39,979 nt of DNA from an uncultured Pseudomonadales bacterium (GTDB lineage: Bacteria; Patescibacteriota; Microgenomatia; UBA1400; PJMF01), in contig CAYREI010000005.1 in the NCBI GenBank assembly GCA_964423285.1, positions 1 through 39,979 of the forward strand, written 5' to 3'. The position numbers were made by a program, and so were the translations under genes. Position 1 is the stretch's first letter, and every line of letters starts with the position of its first letter. This document shows positions 24,210 to 32,770 of this stretch, one piece after another. The notes below the pieces were generated by a model, which had not been told where the DNA came from, did no database searches, and was given only the letters and a program-made list of their open reading frames with translations.

Positions 24210-24974
24210 ATGAATTTACAAATCCAAGACCTCCAACAAACTATTAAACAGATTATAGATTTTATTCAACAGACTTATATTGCTCAAAAAAAAGATATTG
24301 CGATTATTGCAGTTTCTGGCGGGATTGATTCAGCTCTATCATTAACATTACTTGCTAAAGCGCTAGGTGCACAAAATATTAATCCAGTGATGTTGCCATA
24401 CGGCGATCGGGATTTAAGCGATAGTGAAACAATATTAAGATTTAATCAAATTCCTCAAGAAAATTGGCAGGTGATAGATATTAAATCTATAGTAGATATT
24501 GCAGCAAAGACTATTGGAGTGAAGGCAGATGATAAAATCAGATTTGGCAATTTAATGGCCCGAATTAGGATGATGACGATCTATGATTTAGCAAAAAAAT
24601 ATAATGCGTTGGTATGTGGGGCGGAGAATAAATCAGAAAAATATTTAGGTTATTTCACCCGCTTTGGGGATGAAGCTAGTGATTTGGAGCCAATCATTGG
24701 ATTATATAAAACTCAAGTGAGACAGTTGAGTAAATTTTTAAATTTACCAGATCAAATAAGAGTTAAACCACCCACTGCAGATTTATGGGAAGGCCAAACC
24801 GATGAGCAAGAATTAGGCTTTTCTTATGAGGTAGCAGATCAAGTTTTAGTACAGTTAATAGATGAGAGAAAAACAGCTGCTGAGATTGAGGGAAAAGATT
24901 TAGAATTAGTCAAAAAAGTAATTCAAAGGGTAAAACAAATGGAGTTTAAACGCCACGTGCCGTATAAGATTTAA
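24210..24974 (+). CDS. nadE: NH3-dependent NAD+ synthetase
   Basis: PP-loop motif VSGGIDSA, 254 aa, adjacent to nadD. Confidence 0.9.
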   Translation: MNLQIQDLQQTIKQIIDFIQQTYIAQKKDIAIIAVSGGIDSALSLTLLAKALGAQNINPVMLPYGDRDLSDSETILRFNQIPQENWQVIDIKSIVDIAAKTIGVKADDKIRFGNLMARIRMMTIYDLAKKYNALVCGAENKSEKYLGYFTRFGDEASDLEPIIGLYKTQVRQLSKFLNLPDQIRVKPPTADLWEGQTDEQELGFSYEVADQVLVQLIDERKTAAEIEGKDLELVKKVIQRVKQMEFKRHVPYKI

Positions 24975-24992
24975 TTCTGTACAATAAAATCT

Positions 24993-25559
24993 GTGATTAA
25001 ATCAAACAAGATCATTTTTCAAGCAAAAAAAATCATTCCTATTGTTAAGAAATTACGTAAACAAGGCAAGAAAATTGTCTTAACTCAAGGTAGTTTTGAT
25101 ATGGTTCACATTGGCCATGGGCGTTATTGTGAAGAAGCAAAAAAACACGGTGATGTTTTAATCGTGGGGGTGGATGGTGATAAAAAAGTCAGAAAACGTA
25201 AAGGACCCAATCGGCCGGTAGTGCCAGAAAAAGAACGTTTAGAAATGATGACTTATTTATCAGCAGTTGATTATGTAGTTTTAAAGAAATTGAAAGTTCC
25301 TAAATATAATTTAATTAGTTTAATTAAGCCCGATGTGTTAGTAGCAACTAAGAAAACATACAATCAAGAACAAATTAAGCATTTAGAGACTATTTGTGGG
25401 CGAGTGGTGGTGTTAGAACCGATGGCCACCACCACTACTAGTGCAAAGTTGCGTCGTTTACAAATTGGTGCAGCCAAAGAGATCACTAAAACTTTAAGCA
25501 AAAAATTTATTAGAGTTATGGAAGAAATGATTGAGGAACTTAAAAATGGCGATGAATAA
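24993..25559 (+). CDS. Cytidylyl/adenylyltransferase family protein (RfaE domain II / TagD-like)
   Basis: TQGSFDMVHIGHGRY (HxGH nucleotidyltransferase motif), DVLIVGVDGD, about 188 aa. GTG start. Confidence 0.8.
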   Translation: MIKSNKIIFQAKKIIPIVKKLRKQGKKIVLTQGSFDMVHIGHGRYCEEAKKHGDVLIVGVDGDKKVRKRKGPNRPVVPEKERLEMMTYLSAVDYVVLKKLKVPKYNLISLIKPDVLVATKKTYNQEQIKHLETICGRVVVLEPMATTTTSAKLRRLQIGAAKEITKTLSKKFIRVMEEMIEELKNGDE

Positions 25560-26382
25560 AATTGCAATCGTAACTTATATGCCAGTGATTCATGCTGGTT
25601 ATTTAGAATTATTTAATAAATATCCTACTGCAGATTTAGTGATTATAGATAAAAAATTATTGAATAAAAAATTCCGTTCAATTCAGAAAGACATTAGGGC
25701 TTTAACGACAAAACAAATAATTAAATCTTTGCAGACTCTTTTGCCAGATAGAAAAATAATTTATTTTAAAAGTGAAACTGATATTGGCGACTATAAACAA
25801 ATTGTTATGCCTGAAGATGAAATCAGCGATTGGTTTAAGGAAAAATTTTTTGCAGACAAGAAAATTAAGATTGACTCAATTTTTCTCAGGTGGAGTGAGG
25901 CTAAAACAAAGCAGAAAAAAGATGTAATTCCAGATGATGAAGTGACAACAGCAGAACTTCACCGTCAGTTTATAGATAAGATTACTAAAGAAGCTAAAAA
26001 AAGCTCTGATTGGTGGCGTCAAACTGCTGCCGCTGTAGCTAAAGACGGTAAATTAATCTCAATTGCTCATAATAAACATGTTCCCTCTGACCAAAATCAA
26101 TATATCTTAGGTGATCCACGAGCTAATTTTAGTCGAGGGGAGGAGATTGAAGTCTCAACATCACTTCATGCAGAAGAGGTGGTTATTGCTCAAGCAGCCG
26201 CGCAAGGCATCTCTCTTCAAGGAGCAGATCTATATGTGACTACTTTCCCTTGTCCATTTTGTGCAAGGTTGATAGCTTATTCAGGAGTGAAAAGACTGTT
26301 TTATAAAGATGGCTATTCTGTTTTGGATGGGGCAGAGCTAATGAGAAGCCATGGTATAAAATTGATCAGAGTTCAGGTTTAA
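25546..26382 (+). CDS. dCMP (deoxycytidylate) deaminase with an N-terminal extension of about 150 aa
   Basis: The C-terminal HAEEVVI ... PCPFCARLI is the CMP/dCMP deaminase zinc motif (HAE...PCxxC). ATG 25546 follows GAGGAA by 7 nt, so I prefer it over the TTG at 25531 in the ORF track. Confidence 0.85.
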   Translation: MAMNKIAIVTYMPVIHAGYLELFNKYPTADLVIIDKKLLNKKFRSIQKDIRALTTKQIIKSLQTLLPDRKIIYFKSETDIGDYKQIVMPEDEISDWFKEKFFADKKIKIDSIFLRWSEAKTKQKKDVIPDDEVTTAELHRQFIDKITKEAKKSSDWWRQTAAAVAKDGKLISIAHNKHVPSDQNQYILGDPRANFSRGEEIEVSTSLHAEEVVIAQAAAQGISLQGADLYVTTFPCPFCARLIAYSGVKRLFYKDGYSVLDGAELMRSHGIKLIRVQV

Positions 26383-26890
26383 TTTGTTTTTGCCTTTTTT
26401 CTTTATTATGCCCTAGGGCATTTTCTCTTGCTTCGCGTTTTACCTTGTCTTTTCCAATTTTGAATCTAGTGGGCTTGAAGTCAGGATCATTGATTTCTGG
26501 CACGATAAATTGAGCATGCAAGTGAGCTATGGTGCCGGCAGAGTAATCAGTGTCTCCAAACCGCATGGCGAAAGCTCCTCCGGGGGCATTGGTGTATTTT
26601 TGAGCAAAAGCTAATATTTCTATTAATTCAGCCCCTTCTTCTGAAGTTAGTTCACTCAACATTTCTTTATGAGTTTTTAAAATAATTAACAAGTGATGTC
26701 TGACGTTTTTATAAGGCCAGCGATTGGTGGTTAGAAGCCAGTGTTTGTTTTCTTTAATAAAGGGTTGATGCTGATATTTTTTAAAATTTTCTAAACAAAA
26801 TGGGCAATGGCCAGCTTCGATTATTTTTTTCATGACGGCGCGTTGCTCATCGTTTCTGGCATTGTCTAAATCAACAAGTATTTTTTTCAT
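26366..26890 (-). CDS. HIT-superfamily protein, HxHxQ (GalT / Ap4A-phosphorylase-like) branch
   Basis: IAHLHAQFIV, where the third triad His is replaced by Gln. N-terminal HCPFC. A 4-nt ATGA overlap with the end of thyA implies co-translation. Confidence 0.75.
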   Translation of the reverse strand: MKKILVDLDNARNDEQRAVMKKIIEAGHCPFCLENFKKYQHQPFIKENKHWLLTTNRWPYKNVRHHLLIILKTHKEMLSELTSEEGAELIEILAFAQKYTNAPGGAFAMRFGDTDYSAGTIAHLHAQFIVPEINDPDFKPTRFKIGKDKVKREARENALGHNKEKRQKQIKPEL

Positions 26891-27807
26891 ATTGCGACGG
26901 GAATATTTTTTATACCTGGATGCGGATTGTAATCACTGAGCTCAAAATCGTCCACTCTAAATTTAAAGATGTCTTTACTGTTATTTTTTAGAGTCATGGT
27001 AGGGAAAGGTCGTGATTTACGTTTAATTATTTTTTTTACTGCTTCTATTTGATTGACATAAATATGAGCGTCAGAAATAGTATGAACAAAAATACCTGGT
27101 TGATAGCCAGTAGCTTGGGCTAGCATCATAGTCAGGGCTGCATATTGGATCATGTTAGATGGTACTCCGATTGGGACATCTCCAGAGCGTTGGAACATAT
27201 GGAGGTTGAGTTTATTGTCATGGATCATGATGTGCATCCAGCCATGACATGGACAAACTACTACTTTTTGTTTTTTATTTTTACCACGAGCAATGTATTG
27301 AGGAATCCAGGGCGAAATAAAGTGAGTTTTTAAGTGTGGCAATTCAATAATTTGTTCAACAATATTTTTAATTTGGTTGTAGTTAGCGCCTTCAGCAGTA
27401 GGAAAGTCATGAAAAGCAGCTCCATAAGAGCCAGGTCCAAGATCACCAGTTTCTAGATCTCGTTTGTGGCATTTTTTTTCAGTCACCCAAGATCGCCACC
27501 AATAGCAACCATAAGATTCGAGTTCTTTTTGGGTGCGAGCACCATTAATAAAACCAATTATCTCTCCCAGAGCTTGTTTCCAGACCGTGGGGACTTTTTT
27601 AAAGTCGGGCGCCATATTACGTTCAGTGATCATGGGAAAACCGTTGCTAAGATCAAAGCGCATGGATGGGGGAGCAATATAAGTAATGGTGTCAGTTCCA
27701 GTTTGAGATTTAATGCGCGTGCCGTGTTCTAAAATGAGTTTAAGTGTTTCTCGATATTGAGCGTCAGGTGTTTTTTTAGTGTCAGAATTTACAGGAACGG
27801 ACAACAT
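26887..27807 (-). CDS. thyA: Thymidylate synthase (ThyA family)
   Basis: MRFDLSNGFPMITER, a catalytic Cys in VCPCHG, FQRSGDVPIGVPSNMIQYA (Asn retained) and SDAHIYVNQ. Confidence 0.9.
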   Translation of the reverse strand: MLSVPVNSDTKKTPDAQYRETLKLILEHGTRIKSQTGTDTITYIAPPSMRFDLSNGFPMITERNMAPDFKKVPTVWKQALGEIIGFINGARTQKELESYGCYWWRSWVTEKKCHKRDLETGDLGPGSYGAAFHDFPTAEGANYNQIKNIVEQIIELPHLKTHFISPWIPQYIARGKNKKQKVVVCPCHGWMHIMIHDNKLNLHMFQRSGDVPIGVPSNMIQYAALTMMLAQATGYQPGIFVHTISDAHIYVNQIEAVKKIIKRKSRPFPTMTLKNNSKDIFKFRVDDFELSDYNPHPGIKNIPVAI

Positions 27808-27855
27808 AGAGTTGTTGTACCATATAGTCAGTTAAAAGTTGAGCTGAAGAACACT

Positions 27856-28284
27856 ATGAAACTTAAAGTAAAACGTTTTGATAAAAATTTACCTTTACCA
27901 GAATATAAAACTGATAAAGCTGCAGCGTTGGATCTTTATGCGCGCGTAGATACGACTATTTTTCCACATAAAGTGGGTTACGTACCATTAAACATTGCTT
28001 TAGAATTACCTCAAAATCATTGGGCTTTATTGGCTGCTAGAAGTTCTTTGCATAAAAAAGGTTTAATGATGGCTAATGGGATTGGAGTTGGAGACGAGGA
28101 TTTTTGCGGTGACAATGATGAATATCAATCTGTGTTGTTTAATTTTACCGATCAAGAAGTTATGGTTAAAAAAGGTGAACGTATTGTGCAGTTGATTATT
28201 CTTTCGCGGGAAAGAGTAGAGATTGAAGAAATGGTAGAGCTAGGAAATAAAGATCGAGGGGGGATAGGATCAACTGGCTCATAA
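27856..28284 (+). CDS. dut: dUTP diphosphatase
   Basis: KAAALDLYA, GERIVQLI and a C-terminal RGGIGSTG motif. ATG 27856 (MKLKVKRF) is preferred, because the ORF-track start at 27757 overlaps the thyA 5' end. Confidence 0.9.
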   Translation: MKLKVKRFDKNLPLPEYKTDKAAALDLYARVDTTIFPHKVGYVPLNIALELPQNHWALLAARSSLHKKGLMMANGIGVGDEDFCGDNDEYQSVLFNFTDQEVMVKKGERIVQLIILSRERVEIEEMVELGNKDRGGIGSTGS

Positions 28285-28306
28285 TTTTAAATAAAAGGAA
28301 TAGTTT

Positions 28307-28834
28307 ATGAATTGTTTTATTATTGCTGCCCTCACAACTGACGGTTTTATTGGTCGGGATGTAGCGCATAACTCAACTCGTTGGACGAGTAAAGAAGATG
28401 CTGATTGGTTTTCTCAAAAAAGCAAAGAAGCTGGAATAGTGGTGATGGGTCGAGCTACTTATGATACCGTCGGCAGACCTCTACCAGATAGAGTGACGAT
28501 AGTTTATTCTCGCAACGCCGATGTAAATCAACTGGTTAAAAATCAAACCAAGTTAGAGAAAAATCAAGTTTACTACACCCAAGCCAAACCCGAAGATTTA
28601 TTAAAGCAACTCAAAGAGTTTAATTTTGATGAAGTGGCAATCAGCGGAGGATCAAGTATTTACACCATGTTTATGGAAGCTGGGGTGGTTAATAAATTAT
28701 ATCTGACAGTAGAGCCAGTGTTGTTCGGAGAAGGGGTGAGGCTTTTTAATCAAAAGTTAGATCAAAAGTTAGAATTAATAAAAACTGAAAATTTATCTCC
28801 ACAAACTTTGTTGCTTGAGTATGGTGTGAATTAG
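28307..28834 (+). CDS. folA: Dihydrofolate reductase-like protein (DHFR / RibD_C fold)
   Basis: N-terminal IIAALTTDGFIGR, then VVMGRATYDT and ISGGSSIY. 175 aa, adjacent to dut and thyA. Confidence 0.75.
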   Translation: MNCFIIAALTTDGFIGRDVAHNSTRWTSKEDADWFSQKSKEAGIVVMGRATYDTVGRPLPDRVTIVYSRNADVNQLVKNQTKLEKNQVYYTQAKPEDLLKQLKEFNFDEVAISGGSSIYTMFMEAGVVNKLYLTVEPVLFGEGVRLFNQKLDQKLELIKTENLSPQTLLLEYGVN

Positions 28835-28874
28835 TAGTTGCACATTAGATATAGTCTGCATTAGTCTCATTGAA

Positions 28875-29648
28875 GTGCTTAAAGAAAATTCTATTCAATT
28901 ATCCAATGGGGTTTATGTAGTTTGTGGACATATGGCTTCAGGAAAATCTACCCTGTTAGAATTATTTAAAGAATTAATTCCCGGATCAGTTGTTATAGAT
29001 GAGACTCCGCCCACTGAAAATCCTTATTTTGTTGAGTATTGTCAGGCTATTGGGAGGGAGGGTCCCAATCCTTTTGCATTTGCAGTTCAAAAATATTTTT
29101 TTGAAGATGCTATAGGACAAGGTAAAAAAATTAGTGAACAAGCAGAAGACAAAGTTATTTTTTGGGGAGGTTCTCCCTGGCATCATTTTATGTATGTTTG
29201 GTTACTTTATAAAGATGGTAGTTTGTCTAAAGAATACTATGATGAGTATTGTCGTCTTTTTGTTAAATGTATTCCCGATCTTCCCATGCCCAAAGCAGGG
29301 ATTGTTACTTTGCATGAGACAGGAGAATCAACTCATTTATCAATAGAAGAACGAGCTAATAATTCAAAGGGAGAGAAGGAAAAAATTGCAAGGTTAGCTG
29401 AGGTTGGTATTCCCATTCCTTACTTAGATTCACAAGGAGATTACTGGAAGGCAAGAATAGAAGAAGGAAAATTACTTCCTGAAAAAGATGAGCCCAGATT
29501 AAAAGGGCTCTCTCCTCAAATTAAAATATTAAAGCTTAATACTACTAAGACCGATTGGAGAACTTATGACAAAGATGGGAATTTAATTAATGATAACGAT
29601 GGAATTGGAAGAATAATTTTAAGCAAATTAGCTACGCTAGCTCAATAA
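28875..29648 (+). CDS. Deoxynucleoside-kinase-like P-loop protein (divergent)
   Basis: P-loop CGHMASGKST. ENPYFVEYCQ...FAFAVQKYFF resembles the dNK ENPYL..FY...F.Q motif. The usual DRS motif is not evident. GTG start. Confidence 0.55.
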   Translation: MLKENSIQLSNGVYVVCGHMASGKSTLLELFKELIPGSVVIDETPPTENPYFVEYCQAIGREGPNPFAFAVQKYFFEDAIGQGKKISEQAEDKVIFWGGSPWHHFMYVWLLYKDGSLSKEYYDEYCRLFVKCIPDLPMPKAGIVTLHETGESTHLSIEERANNSKGEKEKIARLAEVGIPIPYLDSQGDYWKARIEEGKLLPEKDEPRLKGLSPQIKILKLNTTKTDWRTYDKDGNLINDNDGIGRIILSKLATLAQ

Positions 29649-29736
29649 AAGTTTTTTTAACTTAAATTAATTATTGTATTAGTTTGAAATGATTTGTATA
29701 AGTATGTCTAGCATAAATTTTAAGTTGAAAGGTTGA

Positions 29737-30147
29737 ATGGCAGAACAACTTACTCCCACGGGATCAATAGTTAATAGAATTGTAAGAGAAAAAGGAGATA
29801 GAAAAAAAACACTAGCTAGTTTGAAAAAAAAATTTGCTGCTGGGGAGAATGTTTTAAATGGAACAGGAAATTCTCCCTACGTTGAGTATTTACTTAAAAT
29901 AATTTTTCCACAGCTAATTGAAGGTAAGTCTGAAAAATCTATAACTAATGGTCTAGAACATTCATTGGGTCTCTTTTTAATTAACCACGAAGGTTTGGCT
30001 TTAGCTTTGGCGTTACAGAAATTTAGAACTGATACATTTAATTTAGAAAGCGATAATAAAGCAAACATATTACTAGAGATCGACAAAATTCTATCAGAAT
30101 TAGGAGTAAAACATTTAGTTTTGGGGTTACTTGTAAAGAAGAAATAA
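29737..30147 (+). CDS. Hypothetical protein (136 aa)
   Basis: ORF in the deoxynucleotide cluster. No domain recognised. Confidence 0.5.
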   Translation: MAEQLTPTGSIVNRIVREKGDRKKTLASLKKKFAAGENVLNGTGNSPYVEYLLKIIFPQLIEGKSEKSITNGLEHSLGLFLINHEGLALALALQKFRTDTFNLESDNKANILLEIDKILSELGVKHLVLGLLVKKK

Positions 30148-30245
30148 ATCCTAGCGAATAATCTAGACTCGTAATTGGCAGAGATTATAGACTACGCTAT
30201 CATCAATGAATGAACTCTCTTGTTCATATTTAGTTCGATAACATT

Positions 30246-31349
30246 ATGAAAATATATTTTGGAGCAGCTGTTACCATGGGGAGAGATAGCTATTTACCGC
30301 TATATAAAAAAATTGTTAAAGAGATTGAAAAATTAGGTCATGAAGTTTTATCCAAACACGTAGCTGATCCATCTATAGATCCCACTGGTGGACTCAAGCC
30401 CAATCAATTATTTGCTCGTGAAGTAGAGAGCGTTGAACAAGCAGACGTGATGGTGGCAGAAGTGACTGCTCCTTCTTGGGGTACAGCTTTATTAATGGAA
30501 AAAGCTTTAGACAAAAATATTCCAGTTTTGGCTCTTTTTTATCAAGGCAATAGCCATGATTTGCCTCCCATGATAGCTGGCCACGATGAGCTCTATGTGA
30601 CTCATTACACCAAAAACAATATTAAGTCAGTTCTAAAAAAGAACTTGATTCATTTTGAACAACAGAAACAAAATCCAGGCAAGCTGATTGTAATTGATGG
30701 AGCTGATGGGGCTGGCAAAGCTACACAGACAGAGATGTTGCGTCAATATTTTAAAAAACACAAAATCAAAAATAAATATATTTCTTTTCCTCGTTACAAA
30801 ACCTCCTTTCACGGTGATTTAATCGCTAGGTTTTTGAAAGGCGAGTTTGGAGGCAATAGAGATGTCAGTCCATATCTAGCGTCATTAGCTTTTGCTTTGG
30901 ATCGTTTAACTGCTCGCGACGATATTATTGAATGGTTAGAAGAGGGGAATGTGGTTGTTTGTGATCGTTATACTTCTGCCAATGTTCATCAGGCAGCTAA
31001 GATGCCTAAGAAGGAGCAAGCGACTTTTATTAAGTGGCTTTATGACATGGAGTATAAAGAGCATAAGTTGCCCAAGGAAGATATTGTGTTATTCCTTCAT
31101 GTCCCAGCAGAAATTTCTCAGAAATTATTAGATCATAAATCCAAGAAAAAAAATAATAATGGTGAGAAAGATGAGGCAGAAAAAGATTTAGGACATCAAA
31201 AAGAATCAATCGCCATGTATCATCGTTTTGCTAAAAAATACAAACATTGGAGAGTTATTGAATGCGTGGAAAAAGGCAAGCTTTTAAATAAGAGCAAAAT
31301 TCATCAAAAAATAATTGAAACTTTAAAAAACAGAAAAATAATAGAATAA
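30246..31349 (+). CDS. tmk: Fusion protein: N-terminal DNPH1/Rcl-like (nucleoside 2-deoxyribosyltransferase fold) domain plus C-terminal thymidylate kinase
   Basis: Residues 1-140 (IYFGAAVTMGRDSYLPLYKKIV...VLSKHVAD...EQADVMVAEVTAPSWGT...IPVLALF) parallel DNPH1 (YFCGSIRGGRED..LY..IV...VLTEHVA...ADVVVAEVTQPSLGVG...ILCLF). Residues about 155-367 carry the Tmk P-loop (VIDGADGAGKATQ), the DRY motif (VCDRYTSAN) and the lid. Confidence 0.8.
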   Translation: MKIYFGAAVTMGRDSYLPLYKKIVKEIEKLGHEVLSKHVADPSIDPTGGLKPNQLFAREVESVEQADVMVAEVTAPSWGTALLMEKALDKNIPVLALFYQGNSHDLPPMIAGHDELYVTHYTKNNIKSVLKKNLIHFEQQKQNPGKLIVIDGADGAGKATQTEMLRQYFKKHKIKNKYISFPRYKTSFHGDLIARFLKGEFGGNRDVSPYLASLAFALDRLTARDDIIEWLEEGNVVVCDRYTSANVHQAAKMPKKEQATFIKWLYDMEYKEHKLPKEDIVLFLHVPAEISQKLLDHKSKKKNNNGEKDEAEKDLGHQKESIAMYHRFAKKYKHWRVIECVEKGKLLNKSKIHQKIIETLKNRKIIE

Positions 31350-31365
31350 TTTATTTTTAATCCTT

Positions 31366-31965
31366 ATGGCTAAGCTCCCACGTCCAGTTGTCCGTTTAAT
31401 TGAGAAATTTGAAAGATTGCCTGGGATTGGACCTAAGTCAGCCCAGCGTTTAGCCTTTTATTTATTACATCATCCCAAAGAAGAGCTAGAGGATTTTGCT
31501 GAAAAGTTAGTAGCTTTAAAAACCGACACGGTATTATGTAAACAATGTCATAACGTCAGTGAAACTGATCCCTGCGAAGTCTGTGATGATCCAAATCGTG
31601 ATAGAACAATTTTAATGGTAGTGGAATCTCCTTTAGACCAATTGGCGATTGAAAATTCAGATAAATACCAGGGTTTCTATCACATTCTTCATGGAGCTAT
31701 TGATCCACTTAATAATATTGGTCCAGATCAACTTTATTTAAAAGATATTTTAGATCGATTGGATGGAGTAGAAGAACTAATTTTAGCTACTAATCCTACT
31801 ATGGAAGGTGAAGCCACAGCTTTATATATTCGTGAGTTGGTAGAAAATAAAGGATTAGAAATTAAAATTACTCGTATTGGTCATGGGTTACCCATTGGCG
31901 CTGACATCGAATATGCTGATAGGGTGACAATTGCTAGAGCACTCGAGGGTAGACGCTCCTTGTAA
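31366..31965 (+). CDS. recR: Recombination protein RecR
   Basis: HhH N-terminus (LPGIGPKSAQRLAF), a C4 zinc finger (CKQCHN...CEVC), and Toprim and Walker-B-like regions. 199 aa. Confidence 0.95.
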   Translation: MAKLPRPVVRLIEKFERLPGIGPKSAQRLAFYLLHHPKEELEDFAEKLVALKTDTVLCKQCHNVSETDPCEVCDDPNRDRTILMVVESPLDQLAIENSDKYQGFYHILHGAIDPLNNIGPDQLYLKDILDRLDGVEELILATNPTMEGEATALYIRELVENKGLEIKITRIGHGLPIGADIEYADRVTIARALEGRRSL

Positions 31966-32056
31966 AGATTTTTGTTCTCCATTAAACTATTTTTAATGAT
32001 CTCTTTGATCAATCCAAAATGGCAATTGCTATTAAGTAAAATTAAAGGAGATCGTT

Positions 32057-32368
32057 ATGCGCATTTTAGTCGCGTCTAAAACTTTAGAGATTACTCAGCC
32101 CTTGCGAAATTTTACTAAACAACAAGCTTCCAAGTTGAATAAGCTGGGTCAACGAATTTCTAAAGTTCAAGTGTCTTTAGAACAGCGAGTGGCTAAATCA
32201 AAACGCGATCAAAATGCTTTAGTTAAGTACGTGGTCGATTTACCTGGAAAAACTTTAGTGATCAAATCTAAGGCAGCCGATATGTATGAGGCAATTGTTG
32301 ACGCCACCAATAAAGTGATTCGTCAAACACGTAAGTTCAAAGAAAAACGTTTAACTAAACAGCGATAG
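32057..32368 (+). CDS. hpf: Ribosome hibernation promoting factor / RaiA family (short form)
   Basis: 103 aa with the S30AE pattern (ITQPLRNFTKQQASKLNKL..., VSLEQ..., ADMYEAIVDATNKVIRQ). Confidence 0.8.
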   Translation: MRILVASKTLEITQPLRNFTKQQASKLNKLGQRISKVQVSLEQRVAKSKRDQNALVKYVVDLPGKTLVIKSKAADMYEAIVDATNKVIRQTRKFKEKRLTKQR

Positions 32369-32428
32369 TTATAATTTCATCTCTGGTTGTGAGTTGAGAA
32401 GCGATCTGTTTTCTAGTATCGTAGATTT

Positions 32429-32767
32429 ATGATTGATTCCACAGCTCAGCAGGTTGGTAAAAAAAGCCCCTTAGATATCTTAGGGGATGTTTTAGAGGAT
32501 GCTAAGGATGCTTCTAAGGCTAAAAAGTCTGTAGAAGCTGATAAAGAAAAAAAACAGCGAGCAGAACTAGACTTAACTAGAAAGCAAAAAATAGTTGAAG
32601 AGAAACAGTTGATTCAAGAACAGTTAGTTAAGATGCGAGAAGTGAGTCAGATGCCGGCTGAAAAAACTCGCAAAGCTCAGAGTAAAACTGAAAAGGCTGA
32701 GATTGAGAAACAAAAATCATCTCGAGAAGGATGCGAAATTCAACAACTCAAGCGTACAAAGGCTTAA
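32429..32767 (+). CDS. Hypothetical Lys/Glu-rich protein (112 aa)
   Basis: ORF with low-complexity charged composition, probably coiled-coil. Confidence 0.45.
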   Translation: MIDSTAQQVGKKSPLDILGDVLEDAKDASKAKKSVEADKEKKQRAELDLTRKQKIVEEKQLIQEQLVKMREVSQMPAEKTRKAQSKTEKAEIEKQKSSREGCEIQQLKRTKA

Positions 32768-32770
32768 TTT

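Noticed and set aside
26887-27807. The ThyA homolog acting as a dUMP/dCMP hydroxymethylase for DNA hypermodification
   Set aside because: The specificity Asn (PSN, equivalent to PFN) is retained, so there is no dCMP-type Asp. A DHFR-like gene is adjacent, and recycling of dihydrofolate is needed only by a true thymidylate synthase. No glycosyl- or amino-transferase genes typical of hypermodification pathways are present.
27757-27855. Long N-terminal extensions in the ORF track: dut from 27757, ychF from 37617, PBP2 from 18491, the dCMP deaminase from 25531 and radC from 35518
   Set aside because: The extensions are non-conserved, overlap neighbouring genes or promoters, and internal ATG starts restore the canonical N-termini (for example MSLNIGIVGLPNVGKS for YchF).
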